Source: Flaccisagitta enflata (Eukaryota). Taken from it: a stretch of 64,000 nucleotides of DNA. The notes under the pieces are model-generated. The model made no database searches and was not told the DNA's origin. It saw nothing but the letters and a program-made list of their open reading frames with translations. This document shows, piece after piece, positions 30,024 to 45,000 of the stretch. Numbering within the stretch: the stretch's first letter is position 1; every line of letters starts with the position of its first letter. Made by a program: the position numbers and the translations under genes. The DNA lies in assembly GCA_965153355.1 (NCBI GenBank), contig OZ231126.1, positions 13,330,001-13,394,000 on the forward strand, written 5' to 3'.

Positions 30024-30662
30024 TTCTTCGCCGCTCGCCCATGAGGGAGGAGGTTCCCCCTTAGTCTAGGCGCAGGCGATACAACCTTTCACATCTCTCA
30101 CTCCCAGACATAATCAATCCGCACCATTTCACAGGGATAATGTTAGCACATTTGCTTCGGAGCCATAGGGGAACGCGCGATGAGGAGGAGGAAGAAGAGG
30201 AAAATGGGGAGGAGGTTGAGGAGGAATGAGAGGAAGATGAAGAAGCTCTACAGGTCGTTGAAGAGCACGCGCAAGGGTAGGAGGCATCCGTGGTGAGGTT
30301 AAAAATGAAACTAGGAAATAGTTGATGATAGAGGTAATGTTTTTTTTTTTCTAATTGCGCTTTTGGATTGTTCGCGTGTTTTGTGTGTATTGAATGTCAG
30401 TGTGCATATCATGCCACTAAGTTTGTATTCAAACTTATTTGTCTTCATTTGTTAAATAACCGATTGTGTTTAATGTTAAGAGTTTCTAGAATAGTATCCT
30501 GTTGGCTATCTGCAATCTTACTTGGTATACAACTCAGTTTAATCTCCCCACCATGCTCTACAGCTCCATCCTTTCTCTCTCTTTCTCTCTTTCGTTTTCT
30601 TGCCTCTGTGTCGTTATCTTCTGAACTGCCTTCATCATCATAATCGGTCCGTTGAGCTGCAC

Positions 30663-30715
<53 letters not shown>

Positions 30716-30997
30716 TTTCTTCCGGGGGGAAAGAATGACCGGAAGCGGAAGTCCAGTGCGTGCGCGTTTCGCGTGTGCGAACGCGCGTAGGAGCGCGCAC
30801 ATGAATGTGCACATAAATGTGCATACTCACGTGCTGTGTTAGGTGCGTCGTCAGCTACTCGTCGCTTTAGAGAATGAGAGAGTGACTGCGCCATAATCAT
30901 CGGTTTTCACGAAGATATGGTTTGCGCACACGCAGTAGGGCGGGCATGATAGTGAGCGGGTTGGCATATTGGTAATTTTAAGTGACGGCACTGGATT

Positions 30998-31212
<215 letters not shown>

Positions 31213-31222
31213 AATATATATA

Positions 31223-31986
<764 letters not shown>

Positions 31987-32003
31987 TATATATATATATA
32001 TAT

Positions 32004-32113
<110 letters not shown>

Positions 32114-34590
32114 ACTGACTCCATGATTCACTGACTCCATGACTTGAGGGTAGAGGCGGAGGGTTAGGCTGAGGGGCGTGGCGGTAGGGCGTATTTGATG
32201 GGCGGGCGACGATGGAGGACCATAAATGGAGACACATTGCTGGCTGTAAGGGCGTAGCTGAAAGTGATCAAAGGCTGGTTTGGGCGTGGATTTGGGCGTC
32301 TTTGATTGCTCTTCTGGGCGTGTTTCTCTGACTAGTTTTATTTACCAGATTGGTGCGAGTGTTTAATGGGCGTGCTAAGTGGACGCATTCATTGGACGTA
32401 TTTCTTGGACACGTTACTTATTTATTATACAATTTCAGTGAATGAAAACAATATTTCGTATTCATTTTTCGCGTACCCATGAAGCCCATTAACCATTCCA
32501 GCTCGTACATAAAAGGAATGGATAAACTGCAACGACACACTACGTTTGTTTAAGATCATCCCATGCATGCAGTATTTTCATTTGCCACTGGGTGTGACAA
32601 CTTATTCCTCTACTCAAATCTACTGCACTGCACTCAGCCAGCAAACTAGTGTGCGTGAGCGAGCGCATCTCATAACGCACATGCCCACTGCCTAGGCATG
32701 CACATTTGCTTGTACAAGCAGTCATCTCTTTATGTACAAGCGCAGGTATGCATGTATGAGCGCACATGCATATACAGTACATGCACACATCTCTTGATTC
32801 GAGGCACAGGTATGCATGTATATGCGCACATGCATATACAAGCACACGTCCGCGTGCACGAAGACCTTTTCGAAGCCAAGCGTGCGCAAAGGAGGCACCG
32901 ACAGAATCCTTAATTGATTTCCCGTCTCTCTCTCTCTCTCTCTCTCTCATTGGCTGGTTTAATGTTCACTCCTATTCCAAATTTACATCACCACATTTTT
33001 CTGTCGGCTTTTTAGCTGTGATCTACACGACTCTATCGGTCGTCTATGCGTCTGTTGTGACTGTGTCTGTGGATCACATTTTGGTGATATAGCTTGATTT
33101 TGCATTTCTACTCCTACCCAAGGGCCTAAATGGCTCATCCCGTTGTGCTACCCCTGATTACTAAGCTGGCAGAACCAGCGCGCGACAAAGGTGAAACTCA
33201 TAAGGATTGAAAGCCCGGATTCCTATGCTGATTATTAAATACTGAATAAGAAAAGATCTTTGTTGTGCAAAGAAAATTTTTATTATAAAATCATTTGACA
33301 TGCACAAAAGTGTTATTAAACCAGTTGGCGGGAGCAGTGCTGGAGAAGGTCACCAGAGTATTTGGGCGGACTAGTAGACTCGAAAAGCTTAAAAACGCCA
33401 AAAAAGTAAAATGGGGACCAACTGACTAACCAACCAACTAACCAACTAACCAATTGACTGCCGTACCGACACAGCGTGGTCAAGAGTTGTGTAGCAAGCA
33501 ACCAAAAATTATCTGACCTATTGCTGATGAATAAAAGAATTGGCTGCCGTTTCAAATGATGTATCTGGCCTTGTCTTTTTGTTCTTAGCAATAGCGTCTT
33601 TTTTTGGTGTTGATATCGTGGTATTGCAATATTTTCAATACATAAGCACTAAACTTGCATAAAAATAAAAGTAGGAAAGAAGAAGGTATAGGAAAATTTG
33701 CAGAAAAAGAAGATGATAGAAATCCAGATGAAGAAGAGAAGGAGGAAGAGTGAGGAGGAGGAGGAGGTAAAGGAGTAAGGAGGAGGAGAAAAAGTCTGTT
33801 GACGGCATGAAAGAGCTGAAATTTTGCTAATTCATCACCAAGAGTTGGTTTGTTATTGAAAAGGGCATCCAGAGAAACCGATAGAGGAGGAAAGGGAATG
33901 GAACGAGGAGGAAGTGATGGAGGAGGAGGAAAAGGAAAAAGAGGAAGAGGAGGAAAAGATGGAAGAAAATGGATAAAAAAGAAGAGCAGAAAGGACTTTT
34001 CCCAGTTGTCTTCGTTGCCAATGCTCTTCCGATTCTTAGCTTGGGGTGAATGAGGGGGAGGAGGAGGAGGAAGAGGAAGAGGAAGAGAAGGAAGAGGAAG
34101 AGGAGCGTGGGGTGAATGGGGTGTCTTCATAGATCTTTCCAGATAGAAGAAAAATAAAATATTCGAAAATTCGGCTGGAAAATGCCAAAATTTGTGAAAG
34201 ACCAAAATATTTATCCTTTCTTAGTTCTTACCCACAACCTCATCATCCAAAACCAATCAGTGCTAAATCAGGACCATTTTTATCGCAGATAATTCAGTAC
34301 TTCTTCCCTTACCCACTCTCCCATCAACCAAATCCGGTCTGTGAATGCTTACCATTTCAATGCTTAATTTTTATCATTGCAAAAGTGCACACTATTTTTT
34401 GCGCGACTATTTCAAAACCAAGCCTGTATTCTATTCTATCAACAATCTCATTGATATGGTTCTTTTATTCTATAGGTTTTTCTTCCCACTGTATTAGTTC
34501 TGCATTGGTGTATCCATTCTTCCATTCTCTTATATGTTAGTATGTCAGTGTCCTTTTGCCATTTTGTCTGTCACTGTATCTTAATTCCTA

Positions 34591-34639
<49 letters not shown>

Positions 34640-36548
34640 ATCTCTCTGTTGGTGGTTTTCTTGTTGACATCAATGGTTCTAGGATTTCTTGCGTTTAGAT
34701 CGACAACAGAATCCTCAGAGAATTGAATTGAAAGGAAACGATGGGAAATTTGAACGCCAAGCTTGCCTGAAGAGATGGTTGGGAAGAGTGGTGATGGAGA
34801 GATGAGGGTGGTTGGCAGAAAAAATGGGATTGAACGCCAGGCGTGCCGGGAGAGATATGGAGAATATGCTGAAGGAGGGATGAGGGTGGTTGACATGAAG
34901 GATAGGATTGAAGGCCAACTGTGCCTGGACTCTGGAGGAATGGTTAGGAAAAAGTTGGGTGAGATTATGCGTGGTTGGTTTGAGGAAGGGAATTGCCATG
35001 TTTGACTAAGGAGCAATATGGTCTACAGGTCTAGAGAAGAAAGAACGAACAACAGATACTGATCTGGAACTGAAGGAAAAACAAAGAAACAAAAGCATCA
35101 ACAGATTCGACTCACAAGTGAGATATCTATAAAGGTTTTGTTGAAAAAGAGTTCTTATTTTACTGTTTTGGCGGCGATTTAACATACAAATATAATCATT
35201 TCGACGGTTAGAGACGCGGAATCGGACTTCAAGCCGATTGGAGAGCCGGTTTCAAAGTTCCTTATGATGCGTTTTGTGAGTTGGAGAAGGAGATGAAGGT
35301 GTAAATAATCTTGAATTGGTCTCTGGAGGTGAGACAGGCCAGAGGCAGGGCTTATTTAGTCTTGGGTTACATTGTGGGGGAGAGGGGGGGCTGACAAAGT
35401 GGAGAAAGGGAAATCGATGCGGAAATAGCGACGGGTCCTATCACTCCTATGTTACATCGGGGTGTTGGGATGGACAGATTAAAGAATAGGTCAAGGGCAT
35501 TGAACCAGTGGGGCTGCATTGCGGGTGGAGAATGGGAAGATGGCGGGTTGGTGTAAGTGGTCCTGTGTTCCATTGTGGGTGGGAGAGTGGAAAGAAGGCA
35601 AGTCGTGTGTTGTGTTGCGGGCAGAGAGTGGGGAGACGGCAAGTCGGTGTAAGTGTTCCTGTGTTGCGTTGTGGACCTCGTGAACCATAACTCACATCAT
35701 TATTCACGTCATTAAACCATCGCAAATCCCATTTCATCCAAAACAAATGAAACACTCGAAGATCAACGGACAAAAGTATGCTATGGAAAGAACAGATGAA
35801 AAACAGTCCCGAGCCACCCCACACGCGCACGTGCGCTATGTGCACGCGCTGAGTGCAAACATGTAAATATGAACATTGAGTGGAGCGTTTGCGTGCATGC
35901 GGGTATTTGTTTACGTGAATATAAGTAAACGTGGACATTCACAATGTGCATGCGATGGTATGATGCAAACGCAAGTGATGCATACGGACTTAAAATTGTC
36001 TAAATTTCTGTTTTAACATGCAAACGTGAGCAATTACTTATAGATCTCAGATGCATTGGTAACGCTTTACGAGTATGTTATTTGAAATGAAATGAATTAG
36101 ACCCATGTTTTGTGACAAAATAAAGCATACTGCATGCACAATAATGACACGATGATTCGTTACTATGCATTTCACACAACGTAATTCCGGCTTAAGTAAA
36201 CAATGAAAACCTTTACGTGTAGATTGAATATCATTACGTGTAGACGACTTTGTCGCCCTTTATGCTGACGAAATTAATGAACAGTTTTTTTACAATCCGG
36301 GACATAACCGGAAAACATATGCGCGCGCGCATACTCTGGATGTTACCCATTTACACACACTCGAATGTAAGCAGCTCCGAGTGAGGGAAAGCAAATAAAT
36401 TCCGTCTCCAGTTTTGGAATTAGATAAATTTTGGGAGCTTTTGAATGACGGCAAAGATAATAAAAATGAATTTGAGAGTTGTTTAAAATCCGTTTGGAGT
36501 TGACTTGAATGAGTCTGGTTTACTGGCGTGAAATTCCTCCAAACAGTT

Positions 36549-36596
<48 letters not shown>

Positions 36597-37600
36597 CATC
36601 TTTTCAAAGGCCGCGGTGCCGAGAACCAAATAAATTTTCAACTTTTCAACTTTTCCAAATATCTTCATTGATCATCGCCGAATATTTTTTTTCCCTCTTT
36701 CAAAAAATATGAGCTTCCAAAATTGGACAAAAATTTCTTTTTACAAAGTTTTACGTTGATTTTATCCGCTCTAGAATTCCTTTAAATTTGTGTAGAATTG
36801 GAATTAAAATTTACATTCGCAATTAGAATTAATGTTCGCATGCTACTACTAATTTGAATGTAAGTCTCTCTCTAGATGCTGCCATTGCGTTAGTAATTGT
36901 GGTTGTATTTGCAAATCAAATTTTAGGGTTTTTTTTTCAATTGATAGTAGAGGTTGTTTAAATCGTTATTGTGGGGAGAGATTGTCTTGTTTTTTTCAAA
37001 ACTGAGGACATGCTGTCATCCACGTTTCAGAATGTTTTCTTTAAAATCCCATGGAATCATCTAACTTCAACATTTTTTTCTTCTTTGTTTTTATCCTTGT
37101 CTAAGCCTTCTTGCCCAAAGGCGAATAACTTTCTTTAAACCGCAGCTCATTTCATAAAAGACATGCCTCACATTAACTCCCTCTCCCTCATACCTCTAAT
37201 CTATTTTTTTTCTCGCCGTCTCTGTCTCTGTATCTGTCTCCATCCTTGTGTCTACCACGCCTTTTATGTCAGCCTTTTTGCCTGTCTTTTTCCCCTCTAT
37301 ATGCTCTTTTCTTTTTCTGTCCCCTTTCTCTTTCGTGCTGTCTATCTCTCTTGCCTTGTCTTTTTGTTTTTGTTATTCCACTCTTGACCCTTGGTTTTAC
37401 TGATGACGTATGGAGCGCTGTTGTTGCATCCAAATCAAGATTCTTATCTTCTTTTCATTCCGTTGTTCTTCTGTTTGCTGTCATTTTGTTTTCATCCTTC
37501 TTAGTACCGCCGCCTTTTGGGCTTTTTTTATGCAAAGTTAAACTTTGACCCTCTCTTTCATCTTCCTCTGTCTGTCTGTCTGTCTCTCTGTCTCTCTGTC

Positions 37601-37651
<51 letters not shown>

Positions 37652-37891
37652 CATTTCTTTTTCATCCCCTCTTCTCCAAAAAAGAAAAAAAAACCATGAG
37701 AAGATACGCTTACTTCCTCCATCATTGCCCCTTGCATACTTTCTATGTAGTAAATCTTCCGCCAAAAACAAAAGAATGGGCGCATTTTGCCTTATATGGC
37801 CTATGAGCTTTGGAATGTGGCCTTAAATATGTCCAGTGCAAATTTTCTATTTCTGTCATTTTCCCACTTCTCACCTCTGCTAGCAACCCTC

Positions 37892-37935
<44 letters not shown>

Positions 37936-38986
37936 TTTCATTTTGGGAAGGGGATTTCAGAGTCCATCTTTCCTCCTCTTCGCGCTCTGCCGCGGTTGAG
38001 TTATGTGACAAATAAACGTTCGCGCACGCTCGCGCCCTTACTTGTGCATGCGCGTGTTCTTACTTGTACGCGGACACACCCTTTCTATATACGTACGCTA
38101 CCTTACTTTTGCACGCACTTTTATGCACGTACACTCCCTTGTTTGCACTCACGCGCCTTTACTAATACATACACGCATCCTTATTTATGAGCTCTTGCAT
38201 TTGATTATGCACAAGCGTATTCTTTCATGCAGACACATGATCACCTCTCGCGCACACATGTGCACATACGCCGTAAATTGTAGCTAAAAAACTCGAGAAG
38301 GTAGAGAGTTTATTGCCTAAAATCTAACCGGAAGCTAAATGCAGATTAATACCACGTCTATTCCAAGTGTTTAAAGCGTCATGTGACGTTTATGTAAATT
38401 GTACAAATGACAATCAAGAGGTGCTTTAATCAGGGTGATAAAAAGATTCTCACGACGACAACATGTAAAAGAAAAGATTTTGTCGCTGGTCGACCCTTTT
38501 TCCGCGCCATGGGGACTCACCTCTTCAGCGCACCTGCCACCACTCTAGTTTCTTCACCAGTAAAGTACTTGCTCCGAACATATCTCAATGGGATATTTCT
38601 TAGCCTAAACAATAATGCAAGCAAGCAAGCAAGGCAGTCAAATCCTCTCTCTAAGCCATTTTGAAATGAGAACTTACCAACAACAAATCTAACCTCAACC
38701 ATGTTTCGCAGCAAGCAAACCAGTCACGCTCGCACTCTCAAAGCCATATCAAATTGGAGACTTACCGCATTGGTAAAGCCGGGATCGGTGTAACATAAAC
38801 AAGGCGTGAATTGCATGGTTTTGGCAAATTCCCTCTTTCCTTTATCTGTGCCTCTCATCTGAAGGTTTTAGCCTCCATTTCCTCATTCTCCATCTCTTTC
38901 TTTTTTTGACTGTCTTGTTCTTTCTTTTTCTTTTTCTTTCTTTCTTTCTTTCTTTCTTTTTTTCTTTCTTTCTTTCATTCCTTATT

Positions 38987-39114
<128 letters not shown>

Positions 39115-39417
39115 CATCCGTGGGATAAACATAAACAATTTCCGCTGTACAAGTGCATGACACGCCGTATATGGGGAAAGGTCTCAGCCTCTCGCCTCTG
39201 GACGTGAGCTGGTTGTATTCCTTAATCAACCCCCACTCCATCTCTGTCTACTTTACGCCTGCATTTATCTCTCTCTCTCTCTCTCTCACACACGTATATA
39301 TAGCGGGAGGATTACTCCAGAAAATTGCCTTCAATTTTTCGTCGAATCTTTTTTTTTCTCGGCCACCAAATTTCCACCCCAAAACATTCCTTTGACCTTT
39401 GACACCTCCCGAAAACT

Positions 39418-39460
<43 letters not shown>

Positions 39461-39608
39461 CCCCAGCCACAACACTCGTATGTTATTGCGGCGGCCGGTG
39501 ATGGCGCTGTAGTGCGTGAAACAGCTCACGTCTACGCCTTAACGTTCTTTTTTTTTCCTTTTCTAAACTCAAACTAGCGATAGAAAAAAATAAAACAGGA
39601 AGAGTAAG

Positions 39609-39857
39609 AACAAGGCCAAAAGAAGACTGATAGATCCGTCCTCTTTCGATACAAGACTATGTAGGAGAAAAGCAATGAAAAAGTAGAGAAAACCCCGAAG
39701 ATCGCGCCGGAAATTCTTGCGTCGCCTCCTACTTGATTGCCTACCTAACTATAACTACCTACCTACTTACCTACCTACCTATCTACCTACCTACCTACCT
39801 ACCTACCTACTTACGGACACACCCCCTTGAATAGAGATGCGAGTGCGCATCTAAAAA
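39609..39857 (-). mobile_element. HINE-like element with a (CTAC)n core
   Basis: AACAAGGCC start; end TAGAGATGCGAGTGCGCATCTAAAAA. Confidence 0.55.
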
Positions 39858-40424
39858 CGTATTTTTACTGGGGAATTCTGCAATGTGTTTTTGCCATTTT
39901 CCAGCCTTTATGTAAAGTGCTCTCAAGTTTAGTCTGTCGCACTAACTCCGGGAGAGAAAAATACTGAATGTTTCTTTTTTTTAACAGAATAGTGAACTGA
40001 GGACTTTTTTTAGGGGAGGGGAGGGGGGCGGTGAATGATACACAGCAAAAAACAACCGTAAAAGAAAATTGAAGAAATGATTCAAGGATCGGCAGAAAAT
40101 GGCAGAAATGGCAAAATGGTGAATTACTCTCTTAGTGGTTAATAAGAAAAAGAAAAAAAAAAAGAATTAGAAAATGACTTAAATCGAAGAAGGAAAATAG
40201 CCGAGAAGAGACAAATGAGATGAGAAAGAAAAGGAAAGAAAGAGAAAGAAAAATACACAAAGAAAATTAGATTTTGATTTAAATTAATCACTTCCGATCT
40301 TATATGGACAAAAACAAGATGAAGAGAAACATATGAAAAACAGATTCCAATCTTCTTGGATGCTATGAGAGTTAAGCAGAGGCAAATTAGTTCTAGTACA
40401 AGCAGATATTTGAAACCGGCCGCG

Positions 40425-40590
<166 letters not shown>

Positions 40591-41130
40591 CAAGGGCCGC
40601 CGCCGTCTGACGCCTGACGTCCGAAACGAAGAAAGATGACAAAAGTTGCCTAATTTTTACCGAGAAAGAAAAAAAACGAGATTTGAGAGAGAGAAAGATG
40701 TAATCTGGTAGAACAAATGGTGCACACCATGATGGGTTTTTCAGATTGGGGGTGGATACGCTTAATGACGGTTATCATTATACGTTATTAAGCTTGGTCT
40801 TTCTTTACTTTGATTGGACTTAGATGAATAGAGCAAAGGCAGTGAGAGGACGGAGCGAATGGAACTCAACGGGGGCGGGGGGGGGGGGTTCCCTGGAGGA
40901 AAGTTTGAAATATGATGTGTCTAGAGGATTATTCAAATGAATATGATGATGGGGTTGAAGTACATGTACAAGTTGGGACATGTGTTAAAATGAAAGTTGA
41001 AATGGGGTTGAATTGCATTGCGAGGACGTCGGAAAGAGTGGGGGTTGCGAGTTGCGACCCATCCATCACATCGTGACCGACCAAAACCGGTCCATAACAA
41101 AAACTTCCCCACCAAACTATAGAAAAAAAA

Positions 41131-41161
<31 letters not shown>

Positions 41162-42057
41162 TACACTCATGTATTACTGTGTAAAAGAGAGGCCGCACCT
41201 TGTCTATCTGCATTACGCGACAAAAACTTCTGAACCAGCGCATTTTGTAGTCTCATGTCAGGTTCAGTTTTTGTTGGATCAAATTGTGATCTTCAATCCT
41301 GTTATGCATCCCATTCCAATCTGTCTTTCAAATCGCTTGTGCCACGATGTGTAACCAGAACGCAGAAAAAATTGATTTTTCCATCAAAGAATAACGTGTA
41401 TTCATTGAGATGATGAGATTTCTAGGTCACTATCATGATCACTATCAATTCTTCTGTACTGTGATAGTTTTCTGCCAATTTGCCTCTATGCTTTGTTGAA
41501 GTATGATTCACCTCAAAGTGGGCCGCGCCATCGGCAACCGACAACGTCGGTGTGGGGGCGTTTCTAGTCAAAGACGATCGCGTTTTGAAAGGGCCACTTG
41601 GTCGCTCGCTACGTTCGTTCGCTCGCACCGCTCACTCCGCTCACTCGCTCCGCAGCGCTCCGCTTCGCTCGCTCGCTCCATTCACAGGCTCGCTCACTCA
41701 CTTCGTTCACTCCCTTGTCACTGCATGGCCTAACGGTAGTTACTCGGAAAAAATGCCTCGGCATAGCGACCCATACTGGGGGGTAGTATGGACCCTCCCC
41801 ATCACATCTATACCAAGAGCCAAATGTTCTACTTGGAAATTAGGCCAAAATGGCCTCATATGGCCATTTCTTAGGTCATTTTAGCTCTACTATGGAATTC
41901 ACGTTTTTTTTTTCATTTGAGTGAATTTTTTTTTTGGAACTGATGACAACGTTTATTTTGTTACCTTTGCGTACATGCCGGGCGGAGGCAAGAAGAAAAT
42001 CTGGTCAAATTGACCTTATGTGGCCTGATTTAAGGCCAAAAAATCCATTTCAGAAAG

Positions 42058-43682
42058 TAATAGTCGCAAAAGCGTTACATGATCAGCGGTACCCAATGCC
42101 CCTAAGCCCCTGAGTGTATGTGGGAATGAGATGATGAGAGGATCAGCCGCCCTGGAGGGGCCGACAACCCATGATTCCGCATAGGACAATTTTCTCTGGT
42201 TTTAGAAGCTGGTTTGGGGATCTGAGATGCTTGATTTAGGGTCTGAAAGACCTGATTTGAGGTCTGAGGGGTCTAATTTGGGGCCTGAAAGGCCTTATTT
42301 GGGGTCTGAGAGGCCTGATTTGGTGTCTCAGAGATCTAATTTGGGGTCTGAGAGGCCTGATTTTTGGTCTAGAGGTCTGATTTGGGGTCTAGAGGTCTGA
42401 TTTGGGGTCTGAGAGGCCTGATTTGGGGTCTGAGAGGCCTGATTTGGGGTCGGAGACACCTAATTTGAGGTCTGAAAGGCCTGATTTGGGATCTGAGAGG
42501 CCTGATTTGGGGTCTGATAACGGTGGCAAAAATAAAAACGGAACAAATGCTTCTTTTGCTTTTAAATCCTCTATAACTTGACCAATCTGTCTGAAAATTT
42601 TACTGAAGTTAATTCCTAATATCATTACGTTTTGCTGAAAAAATTGATAAAGTGGCTCAATTAGTTTAGGAATTGCATGAGATTTTGTAGTATTGGTTAC
42701 AGGTCGGAAAATCAAAGTTGAATATCTGTTAAGCAACTACTAAAATTTCAAAAAATGATACTGAATCATGTCCAATTTTGATGAAATTTGGCATGGTGGT
42801 AGTCCTTAATATTGACTAGCTATGTTTCAAAATTTGTGATGATGCTTCAAATACTTTAGCAGGAATACTGATTTTTCTGTTTCTGGTTTTAGTCAGGTTA
42901 GATGACTAAATTGTCGAGCATGCAATATTAAATACAAACTAATACTACAGGCTGAGTTTTTGAGCTATGTACATAATATTTGAACTGGTAATACTGGTAG
43001 GTATGAATGACCTCTGGTAAGATTTTTATGAAGATCCAAGCACTTTTGATATGCTGAATTAGTCATACAGTTATATGAGCAATAAATTCTTTTAAATCTT
43101 TTATGTGCAAACATTAGATCATTATCTACCCCCCAAGATGACATCCTAATATCACAAAATTTGGCCTGTAAATAGTCAATAGTATCATTAGGCTACATTT
43201 AAAAAATCATCAAAAAACTCGAAGTAGTTTTGGAGCTACACTGATTTTACTTCAGAATTGATATTCATGGTATCAGAAAATATTGCTACTTGAGCATTCC
43301 TACTGATAGGGTACTTCAGAAAAAATACGATTTTGGGCTAAATAGTTGATGGATTGCAATGAAATTTGAACCTGATATTATTCAAACTGTATACATCATT
43401 GACCTAAAATTTCATCGAAATCGGATATCATCTTCTTAGGTTTTTGCAACCTCAAAAATTTGTCCCGTTTTTTGTTTGCCACTGTTAAGCCTGATTTGGG
43501 GTCTGTAAGAATGGTTTTGAGTCTGAGAGGCCTTGTTTGGGGTCAAAAGGGCTTCATTTGCAATCTGGGAAACCTGTTTTGAGGCGGGGGGGGGGGGGGG
43601 GATGGACAGACAGATGGAAACCACAGAAAATTGCCCTATGTGGAATCAAAGATCATCGACTCTCTGGGGCTGCTGCCCAAAA
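42058..43682 (+). mobile_element. Diverged family-A Helentron/HINE-like element with a 21-bp repeat array, split by a TIR element
   Basis: 5' part resembles family A (GTCGC...GATCAGCGGTACCCAATGCCC). Array of GGTCTGAGAGGCCTGATTTGG units at 42220-42517, resuming at about 43488. Ends GCTGCTGCCCAAAA. Confidence 0.65.
42521..43484. mobile_element. About 960-bp non-autonomous TIR element, superfamily uncertain (Tc1/mariner-like ends)
   Basis: Left end CGGTGGCAAAAATAAAAACGGAACAAA versus reverse complement of right end CAGTGGCAAACAAAAAACGGGACAAA. Flanks are ATAA and TTAA. AT-rich interior with repeated GAAATTT/AAAATTTCA motifs. Confidence 0.7.
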
Positions 43683-44930
43683 GGTTTGAAAACATTTAGC
43701 TAAGCTAAATGTTTAAAAGTCGATAAAATGGATTTCTGGCCTGAAAAATGCTTAGATCAGGCCATAGTAAGTCAATTTGACCTGATTTTTTTCTTGCTTT
43801 GGCCTGGCATGTATCCATAGGGTAATGAAATACCTGTTGGCATCATTTCTAGAAAAAAAAGTCAGTCATATGAAAAAAAAACAAAAATCCCATGAAAGAG
43901 CAGAAATGACCTGAGAAATGGCTACATTAGGCCATTTTGGCCTAATTTCCAAGTAGAACATTTGGCTCTTGGTATGGATGTGATGGGGAAGGTCCATACT
44001 ACCCCCCAGTATGGTCCGCTATGCCGAGGCATTTTTTCCGAGTAACTAACATTAGGCCATACAGTGTTGTGGGACAGTTGAAATTCTTGAATATGTGTTC
44101 CACGCTGTTATCGCGTTTCGCCGTTCATAACGCGTTTTTATAGCCTACTAGAAACACGTCTTGTGTTTGTAGGCATCGTTTATAATGTGGTAACAGGAGT
44201 CGAAGCTGGTTTCAGGCAGTATATAGCCAATGCTAAGAAGAATGGAAAGATGCTGTAAAGTTGTGAAGGAGAAAAAGTTTTATGGCCAAAACTCGAAATG
44301 CTATTTTGATATGTAATTAGCTAATTCAAAAAGGATAGCAGAGGTGTAAGGAGGTAGAAAATAATGAATTGGCCTTACTTATAGATAGATAGATTATTTT
44401 TTTTCTGCCTCTTATCTCTCTCTATATTTATCTCTCTTCTTCTCCATTGCTTTCATTTCTTTCTATAATCATATTTTCCCTTCTTTAAATCTCGCCAAAG
44501 AATGGATTACTTATGGGAAAGATAATTGGAAAATTCTATTAGCTCATTAAGCTTATGACTTATTCTCTTTATTTCTTCATTGCTTCTTCTGTCTTTCATT
44601 CTGCACTTCATCCTATCTCACTAACTTTTTCCTAAAATGCTCAGTATTGCTTTTTCATCACTCTAAGGCAGTATATAATACGGGAGAATACTGCTGTTGT
44701 GAGGCTGTCGGTATTTATCTTTCGGAAAAAAAAAGATGCTTCAAAAGAACGAAAGAAACAAAAAAATTGAAAAGGAAAATCAGAAAAGAGAAAATAAAAA
44801 GTAAAAACACCTTGGAGAGCTTCATCAAAAGGAAGTTTTTAGGCAGTAGACAGACGAAATGGAGCCCTGACAATGGAGCTTAGGCACGAGAAAAATGTGT
44901 TAGCGAGAACCAGAGACAGGCAGACAGACC

Positions 44931-45000
<70 letters not shown>

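Larger units (their letters stand above)
41719..44066. mobile_element. Non-autonomous CAC-ended DNA transposon with about 340-bp TIRs and a 4-bp TSD (Chapaev/CMC-like)
   Basis: Left end CACTGCATGGCCTAA..GTTACTCGGAAAAAATGCCTCGGCATAGCG is the reverse complement of the right end ...GCTATGCCGAGGCATTTTTTCCGAGTAAC..TTAGGCCATACAGTG. TSD TTGT at 41715-41718 and 44067-44070. Confidence 0.85.
41555..44161. mobile_element. Small MITE-like host element (about 260 bp of its own sequence) split by the Chapaev-like insertion
   Basis: Short imperfect TIRs GGGGCGTTTCTAGT...ACTAGAAACACGTCT, possible TGTG flanking duplication, and internal CGCTC repeats at 41600-41710. Confidence 0.5.
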
